NCBI GenBank assembly: GCA_964490105.1
Contig: CAZAZU010000001.1
Location: 155,440-219,439 of the forward strand
Source of the DNA: an uncultured Gammaproteobacteria bacterium
GTDB lineage: Bacteria > Patescibacteriota > Microgenomatia > Levybacterales > UBA12049
Reading direction: 5' to 3'
Length of the DNA: 64,000 nt
Shown here: positions 1-9,572 of the stretch, piece by piece
Layout: every line of letters begins with the position of its first letter
Numbering within the stretch: position 1 is the first letter of the stretch
Program-made: the position numbers and the translations under genes
The notes under the pieces: generated by a model
Seen by the model: the letters and a program-made list of their open reading frames with translations, nothing else
Told to the model about the DNA's origin: nothing
Database searches by the model: none

Positions 1-13
1 TCCTGCCATAATT

Positions 14-115
14 TTACTGCATTATAAAGGGAAGGATGGAGGTTGCAATAAGTGAAAATGCAACAAGTCCTGTGATGATAATGAGTATTACTCTGTGTTT
101 TTTACTTAAATCCAT
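14..115 (-). CDS. 33-aa single-TM small protein (MDLSKKHRVILIIITGLVAFSLIATSILPFIMQ)
   Basis: Translated by hand; ATG 1 nt after the tyrS stop; basic N-terminus then a hydrophobic helix; next ATG at 7-9. Confidence 0.6.
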   Translation of the reverse strand: MDLSKKHRVILIIITGLVAFSLIATSILPFIMQ

Positions 116-116
116 A

Positions 117-1283
117 TTACTTTTTAATCACCTTAACCTTATTTCTCCCGACACTAATAATGTCTCCGGAGTTTGGTATTGCTTTTATGTCGTTTGGAAC
201 TTTCCCATTAATTTTTATTCCATTTTCTGAAAATTTTCTTTTAATTTCTGACATGCTGGAAAGAAGCTGGGTTTCTAAAATTATTTCTGAAAGACTTTTT
301 CCTTCTATGTTTACTTCTGTAATTTCCTCTTGCGCATTTCCTTCAAAAACATCCTGTGCGTTTTTTGCGTCCTGTTCGCTATTTAAATCTTTAGTAATCT
401 CATATGCTAATTTTTTCTTAAATTGAATTGGATTTTCACCTGCTTTAATTTTTTGGGAAATTTCATTTATCTCATTCGTTGAGACATTTGTCAGATATTC
501 AAATCCAGAAATAATCACGTCATCTCCTAGTCCCATAATTTTTCCAAATAAATCTGCTGGGGCATCTGTAAGCCCAATTACGTTTCCCTCTGTCTTTCCA
601 ATTTTTCTGCCGCTTGAATCTGCAAGAAGAGGCGTTGTCATTACAAATTTATCTTTTCCTTTCATTGATTTCATAAGACTTCTCCCAGCAAGCATATTGA
701 ATGTTTGGTCAGTTCCGCCAAGTTCTAAATCTACATCCATTGCTACAGAATCATAAGCTTGAAGAAGAGGATATAAAAACTCCCGAAGATTTATGGGTTG
801 GTTATTTTTTATTCTTTCTTGAAATAAATCTCTTTCTGACAATTGCTGCCATGTAAAATGTCCGGCAATTTCAAGAATATCTGAAAGTTTTAGGTCATTT
901 AGCCAATCGCCGTTGAATCTTATCTCTATTGGATTTTCTCCACCAAATCTAACAATTTTTCCGGCTTGTTTTACATAGTCAACTGCATTTGCTCTGAGTT
1001 CATCTCGGCTCAAGAATTTATCACGTCCAACAGTTTTTCCAGAAGGATCTCCTGCTTGTCCAGTTCCATCCCCTATTAAAAAAATTACGTGATGACCCAG
1101 ATCCTGCCATTGTCTTAATTTCTTAAATCCTACCATATGTCCTATGTGAAGTCTGGTTCCTGTGGGGTCAAAACCTTGATAGATTTTTAGCTTTTTTCCG
1201 CTCCTTAGTACTTTTTCAAGTTCTTCTGATGTAGGGTAAATCTTGTCAACTCCACGGGTAAGTAGCTCTGAAATTTTATCCAT
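117..1283 (-). CDS. tyrS: Tyrosine--tRNA ligase
   Basis: GFDPTG..LHIGH, YPLLQAYD, GGTDQ, KIGKT (KMSKS-like), C-terminal S4-like domain. Confidence 0.97.
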   Translation of the reverse strand: MDKISELLTRGVDKIYPTSEELEKVLRSGKKLKIYQGFDPTGTRLHIGHMVGFKKLRQWQDLGHHVIFLIGDGTGQAGDPSGKTVGRDKFLSRDELRANAVDYVKQAGKIVRFGGENPIEIRFNGDWLNDLKLSDILEIAGHFTWQQLSERDLFQERIKNNQPINLREFLYPLLQAYDSVAMDVDLELGGTDQTFNMLAGRSLMKSMKGKDKFVMTTPLLADSSGRKIGKTEGNVIGLTDAPADLFGKIMGLGDDVIISGFEYLTNVSTNEINEISQKIKAGENPIQFKKKLAYEITKDLNSEQDAKNAQDVFEGNAQEEITEVNIEGKSLSEIILETQLLSSMSEIKRKFSENGIKINGKVPNDIKAIPNSGDIISVGRNKVKVIKK

Positions 1284-1338
1284 ATAGCCTTGAGTATAGC
1301 ATACAATGCTTTGATTTTGGTATAATTATGGTATCAAA

Positions 1339-3594
1339 ATGGTCGATTATGGTACGCGTTCGAGAAGACGTAGAACAAGGCTAAGGACCCGAAGCGGACC
1401 GCGCCTTCCGAACAAAATTGTCCTCTATTCTAAGCTTTCCCGCTATGCTCTCATCGCACTAGTTGGGGGAATTATTCTTATGGTTTTAATGTTCTTCTGG
1501 TTCAGTCGTGATCTTCCTGAGCCGGGAAAACTAATCGAAGCTCAGGCTGAAAATTCCACAAGAATTTATGATAGGAATGATATCCCTCTTTATTCCGTAT
1601 ATGAAGATGTAAACAGAACATATGTTGAGCTGGATGAAATTCCAAAAGACCTACAGCAGGCAACAATCGCGATTGAGGATAAGAATTTCTATAAAAATAA
1701 AGGATTTTCTATTACGGGTTATTTCAGGGGACTTGTAATAGACCCGATTTTTAGACGCCGAGTTACAGGAGGCTCGACTATAACTCAGCAGCTTGTTAAA
1801 AATGTTTTGCTTACTTCAGAAAGATCACTTCCTAGAAAAGTAAAAGAATTAGTTCTTTCAATCCAGGTTGATAAAAGATATTCGAAAGAAGAAATTCTTG
1901 AAATGTATTTAAATGACGTTCCGTACGGAGGAACTGCCATAGGAGTTGAGGCAGCATCAGAAACTTATTTTGGTAAAAAGGTTACTGAGCTAAATCTTGC
2001 CCAGTCGGCACTTCTTGCCGGTCTTCCGCAAAGTCCTAGTGCTTACTCCCCTTTCTCAGGAAATGATTATTATATCGGGCGAAGTGAGCAAGTTCTAAAG
2101 AGCATGCGAGAACAGGGTTACATTAATAAAGATGAAGAAAAGAAGGCGTTAGCGGAAATTAAGAAGATGAAATTTACTCAAAGAGAATCAACATCCATGA
2201 AAGCTCCGCATTTTGTTATTTATGTAAAGCAAATCTTGGCTTCTCAGTTTGGCGAAGCAGCTGTTGAAACAGGCGGGCTTCAGGTAAAAACCACTCTTGA
2301 TTATGAGCTTCAGAAAAAATCAGAAGATATAGTTAAGGAAGAAATTGAAAAGCTTAAAGGATTTCGCGTTGGAAATGGAGCTGCGATGGTAAGTGACCCT
2401 AAAACTGGTGAGGTTCTAGCTATGGTAGGAAGTAAAGATTATTTTGACGAAAAAGGAGACGGAAATTTTAACGTTGCTTTAGCAAATAGACAGCCTGGAT
2501 CATCTTTAAAGCCTATTGTTTATGCTGCTGCTTTTGAAAAAGGGTATACGCCTTCAACCATGCTTATGGATGTAAAAACAGATTTTCCAAATGGAAGCGG
2601 CGGACTATACTCGCCTGTTAATTATGATGGAAAATTTAGAGGACCAGTTCAGGTAAGATTTGCTCTTGGAAATTCTCTTAATATTCCCGCTGTAAAAATG
2701 TTAGCGCGCGTAGGGCTTTCGGACGTTATGGAAAAAGGTTATGAAATGGGGCTTGATAACTGGGAGCCGACAGCCGCGAATATGCAAAACGTAGGGCTCT
2801 CTCTTGTTCTTGGAGGACGCGAAGTTTCTCTAATGGACGAAATAACGGCATATAGTGTATTTGCAAATAAAGGCGTAAAGCAAGAACCTCTAACGATTCT
2901 TGAGGTAAAAGATAATAAGGGAAAAGTTCTATATAAATATAAAGAGAAAAAAGGACAAAGAGTTCTATCTGAAGAAATCGCTTTCTTGATTTCCCACATT
3001 CTTCTTGATAATAATGCGCGGTCTGACGCTTTTGGAGCGAGTTCTGCACTGAACATTCCTGGGGTAGCTGTAAAAACAGGAACAACGGATGAGAAAAGAG
3101 ATAATTGGACAATTGGGTATACACCGACAGTTGTAGCAGGAGTTTGGGTTGGAAATAATGATAATAGTCCTATGAATCCTGCAATAGCATCAGGCGTAAC
3201 TGGAGCCTCACCTATTTGGAGAAGGATAATGCTTGAGGCAATTGAGGTAAAGAAAAAAGAAGAATTTGAAAAACCGGAAAATGTGATTGCAGTTCAAGTT
3301 GACACCGTAGGAGGAGGAATGCCTACTTCTGGAAAACCAACTAGATCTGAATATTTTGTAAAGGGCACTGAGCCAACTAGCGAATCATCAATTTATAGAA
3401 AGAAAGATGACAAGGTTTATATTTGGATTCGAGAATCAGATCCGGTATCAACTGACGGAAAAAATCTTTGGCAAGAAGGAATAGATAAATGGGTAGAAGA
3501 ATTTCATAAAGATGATTCGCTGTATCATCCTCCTTCTGAAGTAACAAATCAGGAAAGTAATAATCCCCAAAGTCCTACTCCTACTTCACAGTAG
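1339..3594 (+). CDS. Class A penicillin-binding protein (transglycosylase/transpeptidase)
   Basis: N-terminal TM, EDxxFY, GGSTITQQL, SSLK, SLN, KTGT motifs. Confidence 0.95.
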   Translation: MVDYGTRSRRRRTRLRTRSGPRLPNKIVLYSKLSRYALIALVGGIILMVLMFFWFSRDLPEPGKLIEAQAENSTRIYDRNDIPLYSVYEDVNRTYVELDEIPKDLQQATIAIEDKNFYKNKGFSITGYFRGLVIDPIFRRRVTGGSTITQQLVKNVLLTSERSLPRKVKELVLSIQVDKRYSKEEILEMYLNDVPYGGTAIGVEAASETYFGKKVTELNLAQSALLAGLPQSPSAYSPFSGNDYYIGRSEQVLKSMREQGYINKDEEKKALAEIKKMKFTQRESTSMKAPHFVIYVKQILASQFGEAAVETGGLQVKTTLDYELQKKSEDIVKEEIEKLKGFRVGNGAAMVSDPKTGEVLAMVGSKDYFDEKGDGNFNVALANRQPGSSLKPIVYAAAFEKGYTPSTMLMDVKTDFPNGSGGLYSPVNYDGKFRGPVQVRFALGNSLNIPAVKMLARVGLSDVMEKGYEMGLDNWEPTAANMQNVGLSLVLGGREVSLMDEITAYSVFANKGVKQEPLTILEVKDNKGKVLYKYKEKKGQRVLSEEIAFLISHILLDNNARSDAFGASSALNIPGVAVKTGTTDEKRDNWTIGYTPTVVAGVWVGNNDNSPMNPAIASGVTGASPIWRRIMLEAIEVKKKEEFEKPENVIAVQVDTVGGGMPTSGKPTRSEYFVKGTEPTSESSIYRKKDDKVYIWIRESDPVSTDGKNLWQEGIDKWVEEFHKDDSLYHPPSEVTNQESNNPQSPTPTSQ

Positions 3595-5518
3595 CTTTAA
3601 ATTTTCCTGAGATAGATTTTATTGTTTGATTTCTAATTTCACTTACCTCTTCATTTGTTAAGTTTTTGTCAGTTGCCTGGTAAATGATGTGAAATGTTTT
3701 GGCGTTTTCAAATTGATCTTTAAGAGTTACTTCAGTAATTAAAAAGCTTTGAAGCTTAATTTCCTCTATTACATCTTCTGTATTAATCTCTTCGCCCAGA
3801 ACAAAAGTAATATCTTCAACAATTGGAGGAAATTTCGCTAATTGTTTGTATGCCTTTTTAAAAGTAGCATGTTTCAGTAGAGTTTCGAAAGATAATTCAA
3901 AGTCTATAATATTAGAGTTAAGTATTTCTATGTATCCAAGTTCATCATTTCCAATGTTTATATTTGCTCCCCTAGCGTCCGATCTATTTTTAAATTTATA
4001 ATTTTTAATACCCAAGTCTTCAAAAAGATTTTCTAATATTCCTTTAACTTCATAAAAGGAAATATCTTTTCTCTTTAAAATTCCAGACAGCGTCAGTCTT
4101 TCTTCTGGTAGATCATTTGTTTTTCTATAGATATTTGATAATTCAAAAATTCGAATTGATTCCCTGGTTTTATTATTTTCTAAAACCTGTAAAAGACTAG
4201 GAACCAAACTGTTTCTTAAATATTCCATATCCGAAGATAAAGGATTCTTAAGTTTTACTGCTTTTTCAATTGGGCCATCAAATAACTCCTCGGAAATTAA
4301 AGAATAGCTATATACTTCAGTAAATCCCCAGTATTTGAATGCATTTTTTACTCTTTGTTCAAGATTAAATGTATTTAAATAAGGAGTATTTTTATTATTC
4401 AAAAATCCAGGAATTATGCTCGGAAGTTTATGATATCCGTATACTCTTGCGATTTCCTCTATAATATCTTCCTCAATTAAAACTTCTGAAGCGCGAATTG
4501 TCGGTACGGTTACTTCAAGTATATCTCCCGATTTTTTAACTTTAAAATCTAATTTTTCAAGAATCTCTACAGACTTTGCCGTAGGAATCTGGACACCAAT
4601 TATTTTATTAATTTTCTTAACTGAAACTTTTATATTATTAGTTTTTGATTTATTTGGATAAATATCTAAAGTTTTTGAAATAACTTTTCCTTTAGCAATT
4701 TTTTCGTATAGTTCCACTCCCCTATTAAATGCAATCGTCATTAATTCTGGGTCTATTCCTTTCTCATTTATAATTGCGGCTTCTGTTCTTATGCCAAGAT
4801 TCATGGAGGTGTTTCTAATTTTTTTAGGATTATTATTATCAAGAAAAAATAAAATTCTTTTTGTATTATTTTGAACAACAGAATTTTTTGTTCCCATTAC
4901 TCCTAAAAGATCAATTATTTCTCCACTGCCATTGTCAGCAACTATATCTCCTCCAAGAAGTCTGTATTTTTTTCCGTCCAGCGTTGTAAGTTCTTCTCCT
5001 TCTTTAGATTCTCTTATAATCATTTTTTTAGTATTTAATAAATCGTAATCAAAGACGTGGCAAGGATGTCCGATTTCTCTCATTACATAATTTGTTACAT
5101 CGATTAAATTATTAAGACTTCTTATTCCGGACTTTTCGAGTCTTTCTTTTATTTCATTTGGACTGTCTCCAATTTCTACTTCCATTACAACTGCCATGAT
5201 CCTGTTAACTAATTTGGGATCATTTACTATTTCAATCGGGAAAGAAATATTTGCTAAAGGCGCTTTAGGAATTTTTATATCCTTAAATTTAGCAAGCGGT
5301 TTTTCTATAACAGCTCCAGCTTCTCTAGCGATAGCACGTACAGACATCAGATCAGGTCTATTAGTTGTTACTTCTATGTCATAAACCTCATCATTATTTA
5401 TTTTTTCGATTCGCTCAACTGATACACTACTTAGAGAAAGTTCGCGCGCAATTTCTTTACTCGTCGCACTTGTTGCTAAAAATTCTCTTAACCAGCTGTC
5501 TACTATTTTTATATTCAT
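3581..5518 (-). CDS. pheT: Phenylalanine--tRNA ligase beta subunit (lacks B2 OB domain)
   Basis: NRPDLMS, DVTNYV, EEIARVYGY, LRNSLVPSLL; follows pheS. Confidence 0.95.
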   Translation of the reverse strand: MNIKIVDSWLREFLATSATSKEIARELSLSSVSVERIEKINNDEVYDIEVTTNRPDLMSVRAIAREAGAVIEKPLAKFKDIKIPKAPLANISFPIEIVNDPKLVNRIMAVVMEVEIGDSPNEIKERLEKSGIRSLNNLIDVTNYVMREIGHPCHVFDYDLLNTKKMIIRESKEGEELTTLDGKKYRLLGGDIVADNGSGEIIDLLGVMGTKNSVVQNNTKRILFFLDNNNPKKIRNTSMNLGIRTEAAIINEKGIDPELMTIAFNRGVELYEKIAKGKVISKTLDIYPNKSKTNNIKVSVKKINKIIGVQIPTAKSVEILEKLDFKVKKSGDILEVTVPTIRASEVLIEEDIIEEIARVYGYHKLPSIIPGFLNNKNTPYLNTFNLEQRVKNAFKYWGFTEVYSYSLISEELFDGPIEKAVKLKNPLSSDMEYLRNSLVPSLLQVLENNKTRESIRIFELSNIYRKTNDLPEERLTLSGILKRKDISFYEVKGILENLFEDLGIKNYKFKNRSDARGANINIGNDELGYIEILNSNIIDFELSFETLLKHATFKKAYKQLAKFPPIVEDITFVLGEEINTEDVIEEIKLQSFLITEVTLKDQFENAKTFHIIYQATDKNLTNEEVSEIRNQTIKSISGKFKATVK

Positions 5519-5519
5519 T

Positions 5520-6554
5520 TTAAAATTGCTCTAAAAATTCTAGTTTATTACTGTAAAGTAATCTAAGATCATCGATTTCAATTCCCTCTTTCATCATGAG
5601 AACTCTTTCAACTCCCCAACCAAAAGCGAAGCCATTAAATTCTTTAGGGTCTATTCCGCAATTAATTAATACATTTGGATGAACCATTCCTGCTCCTCCC
5701 ATTTCAAGCCACCCTTCTTTACACAACTTGCATCCTTTTCCCTCACATACTCCGCAGCTTACGTCTACCTCAAAAGAAGGTTCTGTAAATTCGAAATGGT
5801 AAGGTCTGATTCTCGCACTTCTTTTTTCTCCGAAATATGATTTTACGAAATAGTCTAAAACTCCTTTTAAATTTACGATTGATAAATCTTTGTCTATCGC
5901 AAGTCCCTCAAACTGATGAAACATAGGAGTGTGTGAGACATCGGATTGGCGCCTATAGCATTTAGCGATGTTTAGCATTTTTATCGGAGGTTTGCTTTCT
6001 TGCATTTCTCTAATTTGACCACTTGAAGTATGTGGAGTTAAAAGCATTGGGCCGTATTTTTTGCTCGTAGGTGCATCAATAAAAAAAGTTTCCCAATCGT
6101 CACGGGCTGGATGACCTTCTGGGAAATTTAGAGCACCAAATGCATGCCAATCCCACTCTACCTCTGGATACCTAACTCTACTAAAACCTATTCGATCAAA
6201 GATGTCTGTAATTTCTGAAATTGCCTGAGTTATAAGATGATGATGTCCTAGTGCGGGCCTAATACCTGGATTTGTAACATCTATTCGTTCAATTTTTGCG
6301 CGTGTTTCTGTGTGCTTTGCGCCCTTTGTTTTTTCTTTAAGAGTTTCTTCAATTGTATTTTTTACTTCGTTTGCTAAAACTCCGATTTCTTTTCTTCTCT
6401 CCGGGTCTATTTTAGGCAATTGTTTTAGAAGTAGCGTTAACTGACCGCTTCTACCTAAGAATTCTAATTTAATTTCTTCTAATTCCTTTGGATCCTCAGT
6501 GTCGAGGATTAAGCTCATGGCATTATTTTTAATGTTAATTAGTTCATTTTCCAT
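5520..6554 (-). CDS. pheS: Phenylalanine--tRNA ligase alpha subunit
   Basis: HPAR, HTS, HTPMFHQFEG, FEFTEPS, GFAFGWGVER. Confidence 0.97.
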   Translation of the reverse strand: MENELINIKNNAMSLILDTEDPKELEEIKLEFLGRSGQLTLLLKQLPKIDPERRKEIGVLANEVKNTIEETLKEKTKGAKHTETRAKIERIDVTNPGIRPALGHHHLITQAISEITDIFDRIGFSRVRYPEVEWDWHAFGALNFPEGHPARDDWETFFIDAPTSKKYGPMLLTPHTSSGQIREMQESKPPIKMLNIAKCYRRQSDVSHTPMFHQFEGLAIDKDLSIVNLKGVLDYFVKSYFGEKRSARIRPYHFEFTEPSFEVDVSCGVCEGKGCKLCKEGWLEMGGAGMVHPNVLINCGIDPKEFNGFAFGWGVERVLMMKEGIEIDDLRLLYSNKLEFLEQF

Positions 6555-6600
6555 CTAGCTTAAGTATATCGAATTTGAGGGCAAATTGGGAGAATGCGGT

Positions 6601-7110
6601 TTACCTGCCTCTACCTATGAATCTTGAGAAAATAGTTCTTCCTCTTCTAGCTTCTCTCTCTGCTTCGCCTCGAGCTTTACTAATAAGCTCAGCTGGAGAT
6701 TGATACCCAAACCTGTTTAAAAGAAGAGCTCTATTTGGTACATATATTGCTCTTGCGTGAATAACATCAATTCTGTGATCAGTTAGTCTGTAGTCTGTTC
6801 CGTCCGGTGTCGTAAGAAGAACTTTACCTGTATGAGGACCTGCGCCTAGTCTTATGGATGGTGAACCTTTATGCAACGCTTCAAGGGAAAGCGTCTCATT
6901 TGTTAATGTTCTGTAGGGAGCAGTAGCATGTGCTAAATTTTCCGCTACTCCTAGATTTGCATGCGCGCCTTCAACAGGATCTAGTACTCGTTCTCGAATA
7001 TTCCGGCCATTTGCTAATTGACCAGCTTCTATTAAGCCATCCATTCTAGCGAGTGATTGTTCTGCTGCAGTCCTAATTTCTGCAGTAGTAGGTCGATATC
7101 TGTCAGTCAT
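6601..7110 (-). CDS. Orphan hypothetical protein (likely start MTDRYRP at 7110)
   Basis: ORF; TTGACA-17-TAATAT-7-ATG upstream of 7110. Confidence 0.65.
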   Translation of the reverse strand: MTDRYRPTTAEIRTAAEQSLARMDGLIEAGQLANGRNIRERVLDPVEGAHANLGVAENLAHATAPYRTLTNETLSLEALHKGSPSIRLGAGPHTGKVLLTTPDGTDYRLTDHRIDVIHARAIYVPNRALLLNRFGYQSPAELISKARGEAEREARRGRTIFSRFIGRGR

Positions 7111-7146
7111 GTGCGAGATATTACCATCAATTAGATTTTGTGTCAA

Positions 7147-7413
7147 TTACGCTGCGATTTCTCTCTGAGCGGGCGATTCTCTTCTTGCTTCCATTTCAGC
7201 TCTTCTTTGATCCATCACTAATCCCTGCCATTCAGCCTCTTGTCTGTGCCTAATTATTCTTTGAGCTCTTCCTTTTTCTGCTTCAAAAAGTTTTAATGTC
7301 GACGGATTAGTAGACAAAACAACAAGTTTTCTTTCAGGTGCGATCCCAGCATGAGGATCTGCAATTGGCAGTGCAGAATAATCTAAATGTAATCCAGTAT
7401 TTCTTTCTGTCAT
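7147..7413 (-). CDS. Orphan 88-aa protein directly downstream of the Phe attenuator
   Basis: ORF with strong SD GGGAGGTGA. Confidence 0.7.
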   Translation of the reverse strand: MTERNTGLHLDYSALPIADPHAGIAPERKLVVLSTNPSTLKLFEAEKGRAQRIIRHRQEAEWQGLVMDQRRAEMEARRESPAQREIAA

Positions 7414-7456
7414 AATTAATCACCTCCCTTCGACGTTTCTCAGGGTAAACTTTTTA

Positions 7457-7540
7457 AAACCACAAAAAAACCTCCCATCTTGGGAGGCTTATTGCCTTTT
7501 TATTTTTGGCAATACGTTACCTCCCGGAAGGGAAAGTAAA
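7457..7540 (-). promoter_or_regulatory. Transcription attenuator (pause hairpin, antiterminator, GCCTCCC/GGGAGG terminator plus U-tract)
   Basis: GGGAGG at the end of the leader ORF can pair with TTACTTTCCC upstream or with CCTCCC of the terminator. Confidence 0.85.
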
Positions 7541-7570
7541 GTAAAACCCGAAATTTATAATCTTTATCAT
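7517..7570 (-). CDS. Phe-rich leader peptide MIKIINFGFYFTFPSGR (PheM-like)
   Basis: 4 Phe plus 1 Tyr in 7 codons; TTGCGT-17-TAACAT-6-ATG promoter; lies between rplT and pheS. Confidence 0.85.
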   Translation of the reverse strand: MIKIINFGFYFTFPSGR

Positions 7571-7619
7571 TTATTTATGTTAATAAATTATTTTCAATTA
7601 CGCAAATAACACTTCTATA

Positions 7620-8138
7620 TTAAGCTGATTCTTGTATAGGGCCTGCGGGTTGAGCAGTCTGTTCTGGTGAATTCGATCTTTTAAAATCATCAAGAGCTCT
7701 TCTTAAGCTCCCTATCCAAATTCCCCTAGCGTTAATGACTTCCATGTCGCTGGGAGTTTCTTCTCCAAGAACTGGAAGGCCTGCATGTTCCCCCGCAGCA
7801 TGAGTATATGTTCTAAGGATGCCATCAGTGGAAAGATATGTCCCAATCATATCTGACCGCAGAATATTTGCGGTTGTTTTCTCTCCATCAATAATTACCT
7901 CTTCTGTTGGAAATGCACCCATTTCACCAAGGCCTACAGCTACTTTCCTGAGTCTATCTCTAATCCGGCTCGCAGCATATGAGACGTCAGTTTCTACTAA
8001 TTCAGATGCGTTTTTTAATCCACTCTCTGCTCTATTTATGCCCTTTTTAAGTTGCTCAGGTGAAAGGGATGGTGCTGGACCGCCAAATTCCCATTCTCCC
8101 CATTGTTCTGGTTGTGCTTGTTCTCTTCCTCTAGTCAT
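7620..8138 (-). CDS. Orphan hypothetical protein
   Basis: 172-aa ORF; TTGACA-18-TAAAAT-7-ATG. Confidence 0.7.
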   Translation of the reverse strand: MTRGREQAQPEQWGEWEFGGPAPSLSPEQLKKGINRAESGLKNASELVETDVSYAASRIRDRLRKVAVGLGEMGAFPTEEVIIDGEKTTANILRSDMIGTYLSTDGILRTYTHAAGEHAGLPVLGEETPSDMEVINARGIWIGSLRRALDDFKRSNSPEQTAQPAGPIQESA

Positions 8139-8171
8139 GGTTGGGATTTTAACAAAGAAGTGTGCTTATTG

Positions 8172-8453
8172 TCAATTTAGTCTTCTTAGTGTTACGGTGT
8201 GGCCGATTTGAACAACTTCGTTATTCTTTGGAGTGCTAATAACACGTCCCTCCGATATAAGATGCTTTAATTGTCTAATTTTTCTATCCAAATCGCTAAG
8301 TTCGAATCGCGCTCCTTTATAATACCCATTTTCAGAAAGGTCTCCCATGTTTCTTGCCTTGGTTAAGGTCGCCACAACCTGAGGACGTTTTTCTTCAGCT
8401 TCTCTTAAATCGGACTTTAACTTTTCAAATCCTTCTTTAGTGAAAAATGCCAT
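8172..8453 (-). pseudogene. greA: C-terminally truncated GreA elongation factor (93 aa)
   Basis: TKEGFEKL..RP..AR..GDLSEN..Y coiled coil; ends just after VQIGHTVTL, the start of the C-terminal domain. Confidence 0.8.
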
Positions 8454-8472
8454 AAAGATATTGTATCAGAGG

Positions 8473-8817
8473 TTATTTAACTGAGGAAACGATTTCTTTG
8501 AAAGTAGCTGGATCGGTTTGAACTAAATCATTTAAAATTTTTCTATCTAATTCGACTTTTTCAGCTTTAAGTTTGTTAATAAGAACTGAATATGAAATTC
8601 CTTCTTTTTTTGAAGCTTCTGAAATTCTAGTAATCCAGAGCGCTCTGTTATCTCTTTTTCTTAGTTTTCTTCCATGGTATGCATATTGACCAGCGTGAAG
8701 GTCTGCTTCATGAGCATCTTTTGTTAGCCTATTATTTGTGCCAATAAAGCCTTTGTTTCTTTCAAATAATTTATTGTGTTTTCTTTTAGAGACTACGCCT
8801 CTTTTTACTCTTGCCAT
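8473..8817 (-). CDS. rplT: 50S ribosomal protein L20
   Basis: MARVKRG, RALWITRI, LDRKIL. Confidence 0.97.
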   Translation of the reverse strand: MARVKRGVVSKRKHNKLFERNKGFIGTNNRLTKDAHEADLHAGQYAYHGRKLRKRDNRALWITRISEASKKEGISYSVLINKLKAEKVELDRKILNDLVQTDPATFKEIVSSVK

Positions 8818-8821
8818 ATAT

Positions 8822-9025
8822 TTAAGCTACGTTAAGCATTGATTTAATTTTTTTACCAAACTTTTTATCTAAAACGCCTTCCACTCTTCCTCGTCTTATT
8901 GCTCGATTGCTTTTATTGGTTTTTAAGTGGCCGCTATTTTGGTGCGAGAACATAACTTTTCCGGTTTTAGTAACCTTAAAGCGTCTCGCCACTGATCTCT
9001 TTATCTTGTGCTTGTTCTTCGTCAT
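8822..9025 (-). CDS. rpmI: 50S ribosomal protein L35
   Basis: RRFKVTKTGKV; between infC and rplT. Confidence 0.93.
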   Translation of the reverse strand: MTKNKHKIKRSVARRFKVTKTGKVMFSHQNSGHLKTNKSNRAIRRGRVEGVLDKKFGKKIKSMLNVA

Positions 9026-9572
9026 TTTTCTTTTTCCTTTCTGGAGAAAGCATTGTTATAAGCTGCCTTCCCTCGAAATGTGCCTCCTTATCTACTTTAG
9101 AAACGTCTGAAAGGCTGTCTATAGCTTTTCTTAAAACTTGATGTCCGAATTCCGGGTGTCCCATCTGGCGACCCTTAAATCTGACAACTAGTCTTACTTT
9201 ATCGTTTCCTTCTAGAAATTCTCTTGCACGTCTTACCATGGTATCTAAATCATGGTCGTCCATAAATGGACCGAGACGGATTTCCTTAGTTTCAGAATTT
9301 TTCGCTTTCTTTTTTTCTTCCCTTCTTTTCTTCTCTTCCTGGTAAAGAAACTTTTTAAAGTCGATTATTCTGGCAACTGGTGGCTTAGCAGTAGGGGCAA
9401 CTTCTACTAAATCCAATCCTTGTTCTCGTGCAATATCTAGTGCTTCAAACTTTTTTAAGACCCCTATTTGTTTGCCTTCAGAGTCTAATACTCTTAATTC
9501 GCTCGCAAATATTCGCTCGTTAGTTCTGTAAAACTTATTAACTGTCTTGTTTTTGTTATACCTTTTTATCAA
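8976..9572 (-). CDS. infC: Translation initiation factor IF-3 (non-ATG start, TTG or ATA)
   Basis: NERI, LDLVEVAP..PPVARIID, KEIRL, FKGRQ. Confidence 0.95.
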   Translation of the reverse strand: MIKRYNKNKTVNKFYRTNERIFASELRVLDSEGKQIGVLKKFEALDIAREQGLDLVEVAPTAKPPVARIIDFKKFLYQEEKKRREEKKKAKNSETKEIRLGPFMDDHDLDTMVRRAREFLEGNDKVRLVVRFKGRQMGHPEFGHQVLRKAIDSLSDVSKVDKEAHFEGRQLITMLSPERKKKNDEEQAQDKEISGETL

